A stretch of 64,000 nucleotides of DNA. Source: the human T2T-CHM13v2.0 reference genome, Homo sapiens. The notes under the pieces were generated by a model. It did no database searches, was not told the DNA's origin, and saw nothing but the letters and a program-made list of their open reading frames with translations. The stretch is taken from the NCBI RefSeq assembly GCF_009914755.1, contig NC_060929.1. The stretch is one strand, 5' to 3'. How positions within the stretch are numbered: position 1 is the first letter of the stretch; each line of letters starts with the position of its first letter. Made by a program: the position numbers and the translations under genes. Below are positions 1-14,963 of this stretch, in pieces.

Positions 1-1109
1 GAACAGATCTTATCAAATCCCATGTCTTCTTATGGCTCCCTGTCATGACATGATGAAGTCTATTATCTTTAGCATAATATTCAAGGTCCCTCATAACCTA
101 CTTCTCTTGCTCTGGCTCTAGTTACATATACAGAAACACAATCTATTCAAACCTAACAAGTTTGTTCCTGCCTCCACTTATCAACCTGTAACATGAGAAC
201 TTTGCAATTTGCTTAGATTATCAACTCTTGGAGGATAAGAACCTTGATCTATTTATCTTCCTGTCTCTGGCTTAGTATATAATAAATGTGTACAGAGTAA
301 GGGTTCCTGATGTGAATTTCTCAGAGGTAAGGACCATCCCTTTTTGTTCCTATAACTATAATCTGGCACAATTACCAGGAACTTTCAGGAGGCAAGTAAG
401 TATTTTCTTTTAATGTATTTTTTGAACTTGCTTTATTTCATTCACTGATTATTCACTGTCTTAACTTATTCAATAAATATAAACTGAGTGCCTACTATGT
501 GCTAAGTATTGTACTGCTCTTGATTAGAACTTTTGTAATTGCTTCAGGAAGCTGCTAATGTAATATATACTAGAGTCATCGCCAATCATGACACTTTAGT
601 GGACTAATTCCATCAGTATTTTACAGACCTTAATTTACATTTAAAATCTTCAAGTATTACTAAGTTTTGGTGATATCCCATTTTGGAAATAGAAATAGGT
701 CTGATTAAAAAGTTCAACTTTAGAATTCAAGAAGGAATAAATGGTGCTGCAAAGGAAAAATGATTAAAAAAAAAAAACTGGTGAATAAGTCCCAAGATTT
801 AAGGTGTACAATTTGTAGAGATCAGGAGACTAAAAGTGGACCAAAAATATTTAAAAATGGATTTCATAAAATAAAATGGACAGTCTTTCCCAAAATTCAA
901 AATAATGCTATTATATAATCTGAAAGTAGTAACTTCATGAAAGTGATAGGGAGAAGTTCAAATGTATTCTTATTTGAGTACTGTTTGAAGACTTTATGAT
1001 ACATTAGTTATATAACAAAGCAAAACTTACCCAAGCCTCCCCCCACCCCAAATAAAAACTTTACAGTGAAGATGAAAATTCCTGCATAGCTAAGATCGGC
1101 ATTACCTAC

Positions 1110-1350
1110 CTAAATAGCTTTGGAGGCAAGATACTAAATCGTGTTTTATCCAAAATCTTCCTGATTTTGTTTCTTCCACCTGAAACAGTATTTGCTTTAA
1201 CTTTCTTACTTCCTTTCTCCTGTGATGTCTGTTCAATATCTCCTGGCACATGCTGGATAGAATGGCGATTACTTTTTTTTTCAGCAATTTTGGGAATATG
1301 AGGAACACCAGATTTCTCTTGTTCAGTCCTAAAAAGTAACTCTTTGAACA
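1110..1350 (-). CDS. RAPGEF6: RAPGEF6 coding exon (~exon 16), 241 nt, phase 1-2
   Basis: [80 protein letters not shown](S); CAG acceptor, TAG|GTAGGT donor. Confidence 0.96.
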
Positions 1351-1737
1351 CTGTGGAAATAAAACAAATGCGTCATTTTATTTCTTCTCTTCAGAAAATT
1401 TTTATACCAACAACAAATTTTAAGGATAAACACAGTGACTTTCCATTATTTGAACTTTCTCAGTCTCATTCAACTAAACACTGTCAAGTATTTACCTGTC
1501 CTTTAGCAGCTATATCTTCTTCTTTCTTTAGTTTTTATACCTGATTATACTTCTGATGTTGCCCAACACTAATAAAAGGAAAGTCAGTGGGGGGAAAGGG
1601 AAAGGAAGTGGGCAGGCTGCAGGCAAGTTTGAAAAAAAACAGAGGTTCCTATTTAGGTAATAAGTAACATAACTGCTAATCAACTAATTTTATAGAAACA
1701 GATACTTAGGTTCTATTTTATGTTATTTCTTATAATA

Positions 1738-1956
1738 CAGCTGACCCTTGAACAACACCAGTTTGAACTATGTGGGTCCATTTATACTTGAATTTTTTTC
1801 AACCAAACGTGGATTGAAAATACAGTATTCTTGGGATGCAAAAACCTGCGTATGGCTCTGAAGAACCAACTGTGGGTCTTGAATATGCACAAATTTGGGT
1901 GTACATGGGGTGGAGGTCCTGTAACCAACCCTATGCATATACCGAGGGATAACTAC
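1738..1956. mobile_element. Tigger2-derived MITE (MER8-like)
   Basis: Starts TA-CAGCTGACCCTTGAACAACAC, resembling the Tigger2 terminus. Confidence 0.65.
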
Positions 1957-2074
1957 ATATGTCACTTGAGATGAGACCTCACTACTGTAGTCAGGTTCAG
2001 ATTGTAAAATTTAGATGAGAAAAGCTTTGCTGGACTTTATTTTTACTTTTACCAAAAGCAGTAATTTTGGTTAT

Positions 2075-3127
<1,053 letters not shown>

Positions 3128-3919
3128 TCAGATATCTTTCTATCAAGTCTAACTAAGTCTGGTGAATTATTTCATCCTTAATGAGGGTGCAGGTACATTT
3201 GGGAAATTACCTGTTTAGCAATCTATTTGCCTACACCAAATTTTTGCCTTGTGAGGATGGCTACATCTCCTTGGGATAAAGCAAAGATAAATCTGTATAA
3301 GGTTAAATATCTAGAAATGATGAGTCATGGTGCCTGAAGAAGTCTGAATTACAGAGAAACAGTGGTTGCATATTCTTAGAATAGACTTAAATGGCTTCAG
3401 CTGCATGAGCTGTGGAAGCAAACACTCAGCTTATCATTACATACAGCTTTGAGCAGTATATGCTGCACCTTTTTTTATTTTTTAAGTTGTAAATTGTGTA
3501 AATATGCCCACTGAAAAATCCAATCACAGAGAATTTTTTTGGAAAACGACAGAAAAGGAAAGTAAGAGTTTCCCACAAAATCAAAGAACTTACAAGTAAG
3601 ATAGAAATGGATAAAGCCTTAAGAATGGATTAAAATACTTACAACTTGGTATTCACTTGTAAATCTGGACTGATTTGAGGGTTTCAACAGAAGGATGATA
3701 CCACATTACCAAAGCACAGCGCAAGTTTATGAAAAGCACATTTTTCTGCTATCAAAATGATGGAGACTTTTTAGAAGTTACCTTCCATAAAGTCTGCATG
3801 ATTAAAATAAAATATTTAACAAATTTCACTTGATTTTAAGCCATATGGTAATATATACACACACGTGTGTGTATGTGTGTGTGTGTGTATACATGTATAT
3901 ATGTACATTTATATATGCA

Positions 3920-4201
3920 TTTTTTGGAAACAGGGTCAGGTCTCACTCTGTCATCCAGGCTGGAGATCATAGCTCACTGCAGCCTTGACTTTATGGGCTC
4001 ATCTGATCCTCCCACTTCTGCCTCCTGGGTAGCTGGGATGACAGGCATGTGCTACTGCACCCAGCTCATTTTTTCTATTTTTGTAGAGATGTGGTCTCAC
4101 TATGTTTCCTAGGCTAGTCTTGAACTCCTGGGCTCAAATGATCCTTCTGCCTCGCCCTCCCAAAGTGATGGGATTACAGGGGTGAGCCACCACGACTGGC
4201 C
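3920..4201 (-). mobile_element. AluJ-like, with adjacent (TG/TA) repeat at 3852-3918
   Basis: Diverged Alu dimer. Confidence 0.85.
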
Positions 4202-4616
4202 AATACTTTTTAAATCTAAAATTCAGACATTCATTCAAAAAATGTCAACCTGTAAATATAGGTCAGGCACTTCACTTGATGTTTGTATATTACTACTGTT
4301 GTGGAACTTACAGTCAGTCTAAGACGCATAAAACATAACCAGAGGAACTACTTAAAACAGTAGGAAAGGGCAATCTTCCTTAAGCAAGTCATCTTGTAAA
4401 AAGAAATCAGAAAGATGAGAAGATTTTAACTAGGCAAAGGATGAGTAATCTTAGGTAGAGAAAATCTCAAGTTCAAAGTCCCTGTGGTAGAAGGAAAGTT
4501 CAAGAAAATTAAAATGACTAGAGAACAAGCTAGAGATGAGGCCAGTTAATGCTATGCTAAAGTATTGAAATTTTCTGTTAGAGCAAAAGGAAAACTTTGA
4601 AGGGGCGATTTCCTTA

Positions 4617-4998
<382 letters not shown>

Positions 4999-5418
4999 TT
5001 ATAAGCAAAAATTTGTGGAGCTTGTAGCTTGTTTTAAAGAAGAGAAATGATTGCGTTAAATTAAAAAAAATAGGGACAAAAATGAAAGGATAGTGAGTAC
5101 ACATAACTACAATGCTATTAAACAGCAATATCAGACATTGTACATGAATCAAAAGTAAAAGTGCCAAAGAATCTATAAAAGCTTAATAAAACTGACTACA
5201 TAAAAATTAAAAATGTCTCTTCCCACATATGTATATATGCGTTCACAAACACACGAAACAAAAGTCAAAACACAAACCACTTAGGGAAAATACTTTCAAC
5301 TTTTCAACTCTTTAAAAAGAGTTGAAAGATACTATTTTAATTTATAAAGTGGTCAAACAAGTCAATAAAAGATGAGTAACAATATAAAAAGGGGCAGATG
5401 AAGTCAAGACTTTACAGA

Positions 5419-5712
5419 GGCCGGGCGTGGTGGCTCACACCTGTAATCCCAGCACTCTGGGAGGCCGAGGCAGGTGGATCATGAGGTCAGGAGATTGAGA
5501 CCATCCTGGCTAACACAGTGAAACCCCGTCTCTACTAAAGAATACAAAAAATTAGCATGGTGGCAGGCACCTGTAGTCCCAGCTACTCGGGAAGCTGAGG
5601 CAGGAGAATGGCATGAACCCAGGAGGCGGAGCTTGCAGCGAGTGGAGATCGTGCTACTGCACTCCAGCCTGGGCAACAGAGCGAGACTCCATCTCAAAAA
5701 AAAAAAAAAAAA
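5419..5712 (+). mobile_element. AluY
   Basis: GAGACCATCCTGGCTAAC and GAGCTTGC diagnostics; TSD AAGACTTTA(C/T)AGA. Confidence 0.9.
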
Positions 5713-5778
5713 GACTTTATAGAAAAGAAATGCCAAAACACACAAAAAAGGTGCTCAACCTTACTTGTTATTAAATAA

Positions 5779-6115
<337 letters not shown>

Positions 6116-6525
6116 AAGACATTCTTATACACTGATGAATGAAGCATAGATCGTGATAAACTTTCAGAAAGTAAAACCCTGCAGTGTCTGTCAAAAGTAA
6201 TTCCACTTTGAGAAATGTATCATATAGGTGGATCTATATGAGCATAAAAGTACAAAGAATTTTTATTATATCTCTGTTAATAGCAAAAACTATAAACAAT
6301 CTAAAATATCTATCAATATGACATTAACTCAACAGATTATGGTAATAATAGAATTCTACGTAATAATAAAAATTATATAACAAGTAGGTCTGTATGAACT
6401 GATGTGAAAAAGCACAGAATATTGTACACAGTATGGTTCCATTGTATATCTATTTTTAGTATTTTAGTTTTCAAAATATATGCACTTACTACTTTTATTA
6501 AAACTTAAAAAGACAAGTTATCTGA

Positions 6526-6827
<302 letters not shown>

Positions 6828-6880
6828 AGAAGTGGGATTTTTAAAGATTTTAGAAAGCTGTGGAAGCCAAGAGGAATAAG

Positions 6881-6966
6881 TTAAAATTCCAGGATAGGAA
6901 GAGAGTAAACTGAGACTGCCAGCTGTTTTCTTCTCTGGGTGCATTTGCTAAATCTAAACATGAGGT
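6881..6966 (+). repeat. 86-bp direct repeat, copy 1
   Basis: 82 of 86 positions identical to 9547-9632. Confidence 0.95.
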
Positions 6967-8327
6967 GTGGGTCAGGTAGAGGGACTCTTCGAGGAGAGAG
7001 AGAACTTTAGATGGCTGTGAGCACTTGCATGAAAACTAGAATTCAATGAAGCCTAAAAGCAGTGTCACTTTTCTCCACAGGACAACTGCTATTAGTAGGA
7101 GTTCCCTTTTCTCATTCCTCAAGCCAGGCTTCTCCTGGATCTCTGTCTGTACCACAGTACTCACATCCAGGTTTTAGGTTGCCTTGAGTCCAACCTAGGG
7201 CATACTAGAATTAAAATAATAGTGAATTCATTGCTGGTAGTGGTACTTTGAATTATGGTATTCTTCTGCGAATTGCCTGTTGCTATTTGCTTTTCAGAGT
7301 TCTCAGCTAAGTGGGTCATGATTCTGTCCAGGTTTACTATTAAGTTCAGTGAGAGATGAAGGGTGGTGTGTGTTTACTCCATCTTATCTGGAAATGGAAC
7401 ACTTAATTTGATTTTTATCTTCATGGACATAAAAGATAGCAAACTTAAAATCTGTGTCTGATATTCTGGAGCAACTGTGCTTCTGTTTCTGTTGGTTCTG
7501 GCTCATACTGACTTTTAAGAGTGCCTCATAATCTTTGCTTGACTCTGTTTTTAAAAAATTATTTTTAGAAATAACAAGTTGCTGTTAGTATCCTCTAAAG
7601 AACATATTTATTTTCTTTTGTCAGGCACCTATAATCTAAGTCCAGGGCCAAAACTGTAAGTTTTTCTTGGTCACCTAGATGGTCAGTTAGGTACAGCGCA
7701 CATCCACTTCAGAGAGAGGTTTTCAAAGTCTCAATCCTAACAAAGGTTGTAATGCTACTATTTTATCCTTTGGTGGGCACTAAACTACAAACCTGTAAGT
7801 TTATCAAGGAGCTCCTCTCAGTTTTATTCTACGGATGGGAAAATGGCCCTGGAAAAAGAGACATCACTTTGGGATATGGTCCCAGGAGTGGGAAAAGGCT
7901 TTGACACATCCAGAGTTTTTCACTATCTTTTTGGATTGTTATGTTTGTTTATAGTTTTTCATATTTAGTCTAGCTCTTTTAAGTTGTCTTCAGTCAATAC
8001 TGGAAGTAGAAAGTTGACACAAGTTTTGTTTAATACATTTTCCTCAGCTCATAGTGAGGCCTTTGAAATACGAGAGTCACATCCTTCTTTTACTCTGGGA
8101 TATTCTCTGCTATTATTTCCTAAACATCTTCTTCCTTACATTTTCTTTTAGATATCCTGGAATAGAGCTTAATTTTACTTTGTCTTTTTGTTCCATAGTA
8201 TGGGAGATTTTTCTCAACTTTATTATCTATTCTTTCAAACAAATGTTTTTGTCTGTAAGAGTTACTTCTTTCTCAATGATTGTTGTTTATTCTTTCCTAA
8301 TATCCTGTTCTTGTTTCAAGGGATAAA

Positions 8328-8422
8328 TTTTTTTTTTTTTTTTTTTTTTGAGATAGAGTCTCGCTCTGTCCCCCAGGCGGGAGTGCAGTGGCGCAATCTC
8401 GGCTCACTGCAAGCTCTGCCTC
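8328..8422 (-). mobile_element. 5'-truncated AluY (about 70 bp plus tail)
   Basis: Perfect TSD TCAAGGGATAAATTTTT at 8316-8332 and 8423-8439; GAGCTTGC AluY diagnostic. Confidence 0.9.
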
Positions 8423-8626
8423 TCAAGGGATAAATTTTTAAATTGCTCTGTGCAGCGTCCTAGAAATGTTTTTCTTCTCTCCTTTAAATATTTTCTCCAG
8501 AATCTATAAGATCACTCATTAGGTCTCTACCACACCCTCTCAATGATCCTGATTCTCCTTATGCTTGGTGATCCCTGATCGTCAGTTTTAAGTAATAAAA
8601 GGACTGAGAATGGTTTGTTCTAGTAT

Positions 8627-9335
8627 TGTGTCCAGAGTTGGTTCCTTCCGGTGGGTTCCTGGTCTCGCTGACTTCAAGAATGAAGACGCAGACCTTCACG
8701 GTTGAGTGTTACAGCTCTTAAAGATGGTGTGTCTGGAGTTTGTTCCTTCAGATGTGTCCGGAGTTTCTTCCTTCCGGTGGGTTCATGGTCTTGCTGACTT
8801 CAAGAATGAAGCCGCGGACCTTCGCGGCGAGTGTTACAGCTCTTAAAGGTGGTGCAGACCCAAAGAGTGAGCAGCAGCAAGATTTATTGTGAAGAATGAA
8901 AGAACAAAGCTTCCAGAGGGTGGAAGGGGACCCTGGCAGCTTGCCCCTGCTGGCTGGGGTGGCCAGCTTTTATTCCCTTATTTGTCCCTGCCCACATCCT
9001 GCTGATTGGTCCATTTTACAGAGTGCTTGATTGGTCCATTTTACAGAGTGCTAATTGGTCCATTTTACAGAGTGCTGATTGGTGCATTTACAATCCTTTA
9101 GCTAGACACAGAGCACTGATTGGTGCGTTTTTACAGAGTGCTGATTGTGCATTTACAATCCTTTAGCTAGACACAGAGTGCTGATTGGTGCATTTACAAT
9201 CCTTTACCTAGACCCAGAGCGCTGATTGGTGTGTTTTTACAGAGTGCTGATTGGTGCGTTTACAATCTCTAGCTAGACAGAAATGTTCTCCGAGTCCCTA
9301 CTTGACCCAGGAAGTCCAGCTGGCTTCACCTCTCA
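8627..9335 (-). mobile_element. Solo LTR12 (ERV9 family), same orientation as RAPGEF6
   Basis: TG...CA termini, starts TGAGAGGTGAAGCC on minus strand, GTAT 4-bp TSD (8623-8626 and 9336-9339), eight CCAAT boxes in tandem repeats at 9001-9255. Confidence 0.93.
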
Positions 9336-9546
9336 GTATCACTGAACCAATGTCTTCTGGTCACAGGTTTCCTTTTTGTAGGTGTCCTCACTGTAAGTTT
9401 GATACAGGACAACCTAACTGCTCAACTCTATTTCATGGTAATGCCAGAGTTATTAGGGCTTTATTAGGGGCATCACCACATCTAGAGTAAAATGCTCCAT
9501 TTCTACAAATATTTTACAAATATTCCTTTGTAATTTAATAGATAAA

Positions 9547-9632
9547 TTAAAATTCCAGAATAGAAAGAGAGTAAACTGAGATTGCCAGCTGTTTTCTTCT
9601 CTGGGTGCATTTTCTAAATCTAAACATGAGGT
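9547..9632 (+). repeat. 86-bp direct repeat, copy 2
   Basis: 82 of 86 positions identical to 6881-6966. Confidence 0.95.
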
Positions 9633-11147
9633 ATTTAGCTTTCTCCTTGGTGTTTTGCTTTCCTCCTAGGGTAAGGAAGAAAGAGGTGACTGCTATGTTC
9701 CCCCTTTGCAGCTCCATGTAACTTCTACCCTCTGCTATATCCAACCTAGGGTTCTGTTGGCCAACTGTTTTCCCACTACTCAAAGGGTTCTGAGGGTATG
9801 GCTTCTGTCTTTTGCATCCTTCAGATCTACTTTTCTGTGTCCCAGAGTTCATGGGGGTTCACACTATCTCTGTATTTTTATTCAGAATATTTAATACCAG
9901 TTAGTAATCTTTATGTGACGGGTACAAAAGGTTTAAAGGTATTAGATACTTAGAAGAAACCTAGGAAATAGTGCTAGAGAAACTGAAGCTTGGAAAGACT
10001 AAATAATTTGCTCAAAGTAAGAGAGCAAGTCCTGCTTTCTTATTTTTCGAAACTGGAAATCTCTTTCATTTAACCTAAAAGTTGGCATTTCTAGATATTA
10101 GTCGAAACTCCAGGAAATCAAAAAATTCTGAAGGCTTACTTACTTATTCTATGCTAAAGTAATATAATACTAAATTGCCAATTGACAGTTTACCAGATTT
10201 AACATGATGTAATTCAGTCAAAGGGACTCAAAAAGAGGAAAAACCCCACGTTTCATTTTTCATTATGACTAAGCACAATATAAAAAGCCAAAGTGAAAAA
10301 AATAAAACTCACACTTCCCTTCCGTAGGCATAGCTTTTAAAGCCAACTCTTACTTCTCAAATTGTAACCTAAAAAACCTAGAGAGATTTGTTTTCCTCCC
10401 TACTTCATAAGGACTCTTAAAGTTTCTTTGTTATTTCAATTGCTATATGATTTTTACTGTTACTCTTTTCAGAATTTCTGAAAAATCCTAAAGTGTCTAA
10501 GGCAATCAAATCACATTAAATCTTTCCTAAAAGTTTAAAAAAACACACAGTAGATTTGGTTAAAAGTATGAGCTTAGTCACTGGTTTTATTTAAATATAA
10601 ACATGATAAAAACACAACAGAGGCACTGTAATCATTTTTCCACACAAAGGTAGAGTATGCTCTTATTAGAAATCTGTAATTCACTAAGTACTTAAGTCAA
10701 TGCTTTACTCAGTTTATTCCCATAAAACAGCTAATCTGGCATTCATATTACTTCAGAAAGCTGGCTTAAAGATTAGAAGTAGACTAATTTGCACACTAGC
10801 TGGGGGAAAAAATGCCTGATTATGACTTCTTAGTTTTATTCCGGACATTCTATATTTCATTCAGTATCCCTCCAGCAGAGTACATAATACACGCTCCATA
10901 GGAATTTCATAAATAACTGAAGGTAGCTGTACACCTATTTTAAAACTTACTATCAAAATAATTAAAAACATAATGAAAAATGAAAATTCTAGAATACATA
11001 ATAGTTCAAAACTAAAGATTCTGAAACTAGCTGAAGAGCTTAGACAAAAACATGTTTATATTTTACTATCTTTTCTTCCACTGTAATGACTTTTCTATTA
11101 CCAAATTAAGAAGAAAGAGTTCAGGCAATTTTTACAACAAAACTCAC

Positions 11148-11256
11148 CAAAAATGTTGGTCTTCACAGTAAGTGCAAGATGAGTATTATTCCTCAAAATT
11201 TCAACGGCTTTCATAAATGTAATATTCTCAAAGTTTTGTCCATTTACTTCCATAAT
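11148..11256 (-). CDS. RAPGEF6: RAPGEF6 coding exon (~exon 15), 109 nt, phase 0-1, PDZ C-half
   Basis: [36 protein letters not shown]; AAG acceptor, GTGAGT donor. Confidence 0.96.
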
Positions 11257-12769
11257 CTTAAAAGTATTTAAAAAATACAAATTAATACAGAACAGTATTA
11301 GTTACTCCTACAACCTTAAAAGTTTAATAGTGAATAAATAAAATGAAACTTGAATAAAATGTACTCCTATGTGAACAACAGTTATCTCTGTGAGAAGCTG
11401 GACTACTGTTTTTCTTTTTCTCTATATTGTTGTATTTTCCAAATTCTTTACTATAAACTTTTTTTTTTTTGACAGTTAATGCCCTCTGGGATCATACTGA
11501 GGAAATTTAAAAAATACCCACACCAGATGGTTTACAAAGGAAAACATTTAATCATGGCAGATCAGCTCATAAAAATTATTGCCTGCAAATGTATATACAA
11601 ATTTGTCAAATATTCTCAATGTAAATTTACTGAATTTCAAAGAGAGGTAATTCTTTTAAAGGGAGTACTCTAAATATATTTAATATGATTTTCTGCCACT
11701 GATTGAATCAGGCAGCCAAACAGCAAGAAGCACAACTGAAATGGGTTCTTCTTCCAGGTAAACACTGCTGACCCTTCACAAGAGGGCTTCCCCAATTTGG
11801 CTATACCTCAGAATCATAGAAGCAGTTTATTTCAAGAAGTACTGATTCTAAGGGAAAAGGATAAAAAGATATAATGAGCAAAAACTAGTCAGAACAGAGA
11901 GCAGATCTAGGGGATCAACATAAAAATTTCTAAAGGATAAGAAAAAGAGTGAAAAAATATTAGGGAAAGAAAAAAAAATTCCATAGAAGTAAAATTCCCA
12001 GAGTTGAAAAAAGACTTGCATCTATGCACTAAAATGTCTCATCTAGTACCATGCAAAAATAATAAAAAGAGATCTATTTTTAAAAACATATCCCAATGAA
12101 ATTTCTTTGTTCCAAGAAGAAAGAATAAAGAATCTATAAACATCATTGTGGGAAGATAACCCAAAGGTACCTACAAAAGAAGCGCAAAGAGTTTGGACTT
12201 CTCTTGGGCAACATTAAGTTGATGTGATAACTTTCTGTGACTTTAGTATTCTGAGGGAAAAGTCACTGTGGGAAAAAAATGTTACGCTCTATTGAACACA
12301 AGTATCTTCAGGAAGGCAAGAACATATAATACTGTATCACCCATCTGTTCCTTAAAAAAGTACTAAAAGAAGTACCAAAGACAACTGTGAAATGAGTTGA
12401 AATAATGGGGATATACAGTGCAAATGAAATAAAAGTGATCAATGAAATCAGTTAAGCAGGTGTAAATGTCTAAATGCTTGTTTAAAAGCTTATGAAACTT
12501 AACTCAAACATCAAAAGCCTTCTTGAAACAGAAGATACATAATGTTAAAAAGTAACAATAATGTAGATCTAAAATCTCAGATCATTTCAACAGTAGTTGG
12601 GAAGATTGAAGGAAGAAGTAAAAGCATGATAAATTTCATTCTCAAGAATGATTTCACGTGTGTGTGTGTGTGAATTAGATTATTAAATGTGTCTGTGATA
12701 CAAATAACTGAACAATAAATATACTGATTACAGGATTCTAGCTATTAGACATTCCTAATGAGTAGTCTG

Positions 12770-12927
12770 GGGTCAGGCCCAGAAAACTCTATTGTGGAAG
12801 CTGTCCTGGGAATTGTAGGCTGTTTAGCAGCATCCTCGGCCTCTGTCCACCAACATGCCAGTAATAATCCCCAAGTCATAATAATAAAAAATATCTGCAG
12901 ACATTGCCACTAGTTGAGAACCACTGT
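12770..12927 (+). mobile_element. MER20-like hAT fragment
   Basis: TGTTTAGCAGCATCC...CAGACATTGCC...GTTGAGAACCACTG motifs. Confidence 0.7.
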
Positions 12928-13126
12928 TCTAGAGTGTAGAACCTTTCATAATATGAATGAGCTCATAATTTTTAAAAAATGATAACATGGCTCCGTTAAA
13001 ATAAAGCCACATTCTAAAATGAAAGAACAAAATTTTAAATGGGGAGAAAGCAAGTTTCCTAAATGATTCTGATGATCAGGCAGATTTGGGAAACCACCCT
13101 TTGAAGTACATGAGAATCATCTAGAG

Positions 13127-13472
13127 CAGGGGTCCCCAACCACCAGGACACAGACCCATGGCCTGTTAGGAACTGGGCCACACAGCAGGAGGTGAGCAGT
13201 GGGCCAGTGAGCATTACCGCCTGACCTCCACCTCCTGTTAAATCAGCAGTGACATTAGATTCTCATAGGAGTGTGAACCCTGTTGAGAACTGCAAATGCA
13301 AGGGATCTAGGGCACTCCTTATGAAAATTTAATGTCTGAATGCCTGATGACCTGAGGTGGATCAGTTTCATCCAAAAACCATCTCCATCACCCCAGCCCC
13401 AACTCCCTGGTCCGTGGAAAAACTGTCTTCCATAAAACTGGTCCCTGGTGCCAAAAAGGTTGGGGACCACTG
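13127..13472 (+). mobile_element. MER1-like hAT-Charlie MITE
   Basis: TIRs CAGGGGTCCCCAAC / GTTGGGGACCACTG; perfect 8-bp TSD ATCTAGAG. Confidence 0.9.
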
Positions 13473-14181
13473 ATCTAGAGAGCTTTGTTAAAAATACAGA
13501 TGTTCAGACATCATTGCTTAAGAATGTGGGCAATATGACTAACAGGATTGAGAGAAGCCTGAGAATTACATTTTTTATGTAACAAAGTTGCCAGCAGATC
13601 ACATTTGGAATAGGCTGCTCTATACTTACCTAATGCCTATACCAAAAAATAAAAATCACCATCAAATTCCTAAGAGTGTCTTTTTTCCTAGTCCCCCATT
13701 TGGCTCACTTTGCTTATGGATATAGTTATGTTACCATATGAACATAATTTAATGATTACCATAACCTTCAGTAATCTGCAGCCACTTACATTTGAGAGTA
13801 CTATGAGGTAGAAGTGCTGTCTTCTTCAAAACCTGCAAGGGTGCTAATTCATATATTGATCGTTCTGGAGTATTCTCAAGTTGCCAGCTTATACAGTTTC
13901 CTAATCCATGAAGGATAGGCAGGCCCATTCAAAGGAGGTCATGTTGATAGAGCTCAGTAGACCATGTTATTTCTGGCCATACTACACCAAATTTTCCATT
14001 AAAAGTAATAAATATATGACAAATACTTTTAAAAATAAACCATATGCAGATACTACCTCTAAAAAAAGGCTCAGAAAAATATTTCCTTAAACTGATCATG
14101 CTTTCTGGAAGATGAGAACAAAAGCAGCAGGCATAATACTTTTAAGAAGGCTTGAATATAAGTGGTTGGTTATTTCCTTAC

Positions 14182-14385
14182 CTGATCACCACGTTTCAGT
14201 CCTGAATCAGCAGCTTTGCTACCAGGTTCTACTCCTTCAACAAAAATACCAAATCCCTTCTCACTCCCTCCATTAAGGCTGAATTGTAGAGGGGACTCGC
14301 GGGAAGCCTTTTGCAGCACAACCTGTCTCCACTTAGCCTTTGCAGCACAGGCAATATTCAATAACCGGAGATGACCATTCATCTT
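14182..14385 (-). CDS. RAPGEF6: RAPGEF6 coding exon (~exon 14), 204 nt, PDZ domain N-half
   Basis: [68 protein letters not shown]; CAG acceptor, CAG|GTAAG donor. Confidence 0.97.
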
Positions 14386-14604
14386 CTGTTAAGCAGAAAA
14401 GGATAAATGTATATAAATGTATCTATTCCTATAGGTTTTTAAAAAGTCAACGAAAATTATTAGAATTAGAGTTATAAATATACATGTATAAGCTGAGGTA
14501 AACAAAATTGAAGAAGGGGGCACTCCCACGCCAAAGCACTCTCAACAAGATTTCTTAATATGATTATAAGACTTTTAAATTATCATAGGTAGATTTCCAA
14601 GTGA

Positions 14605-14963
<359 letters not shown>

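Noticed and set aside
9001-9260. Regularly spaced repeats resembling a CRISPR array
   Set aside because: They are the CCAAT tandem repeats of LTR12; no unique spacers, and the DNA is human
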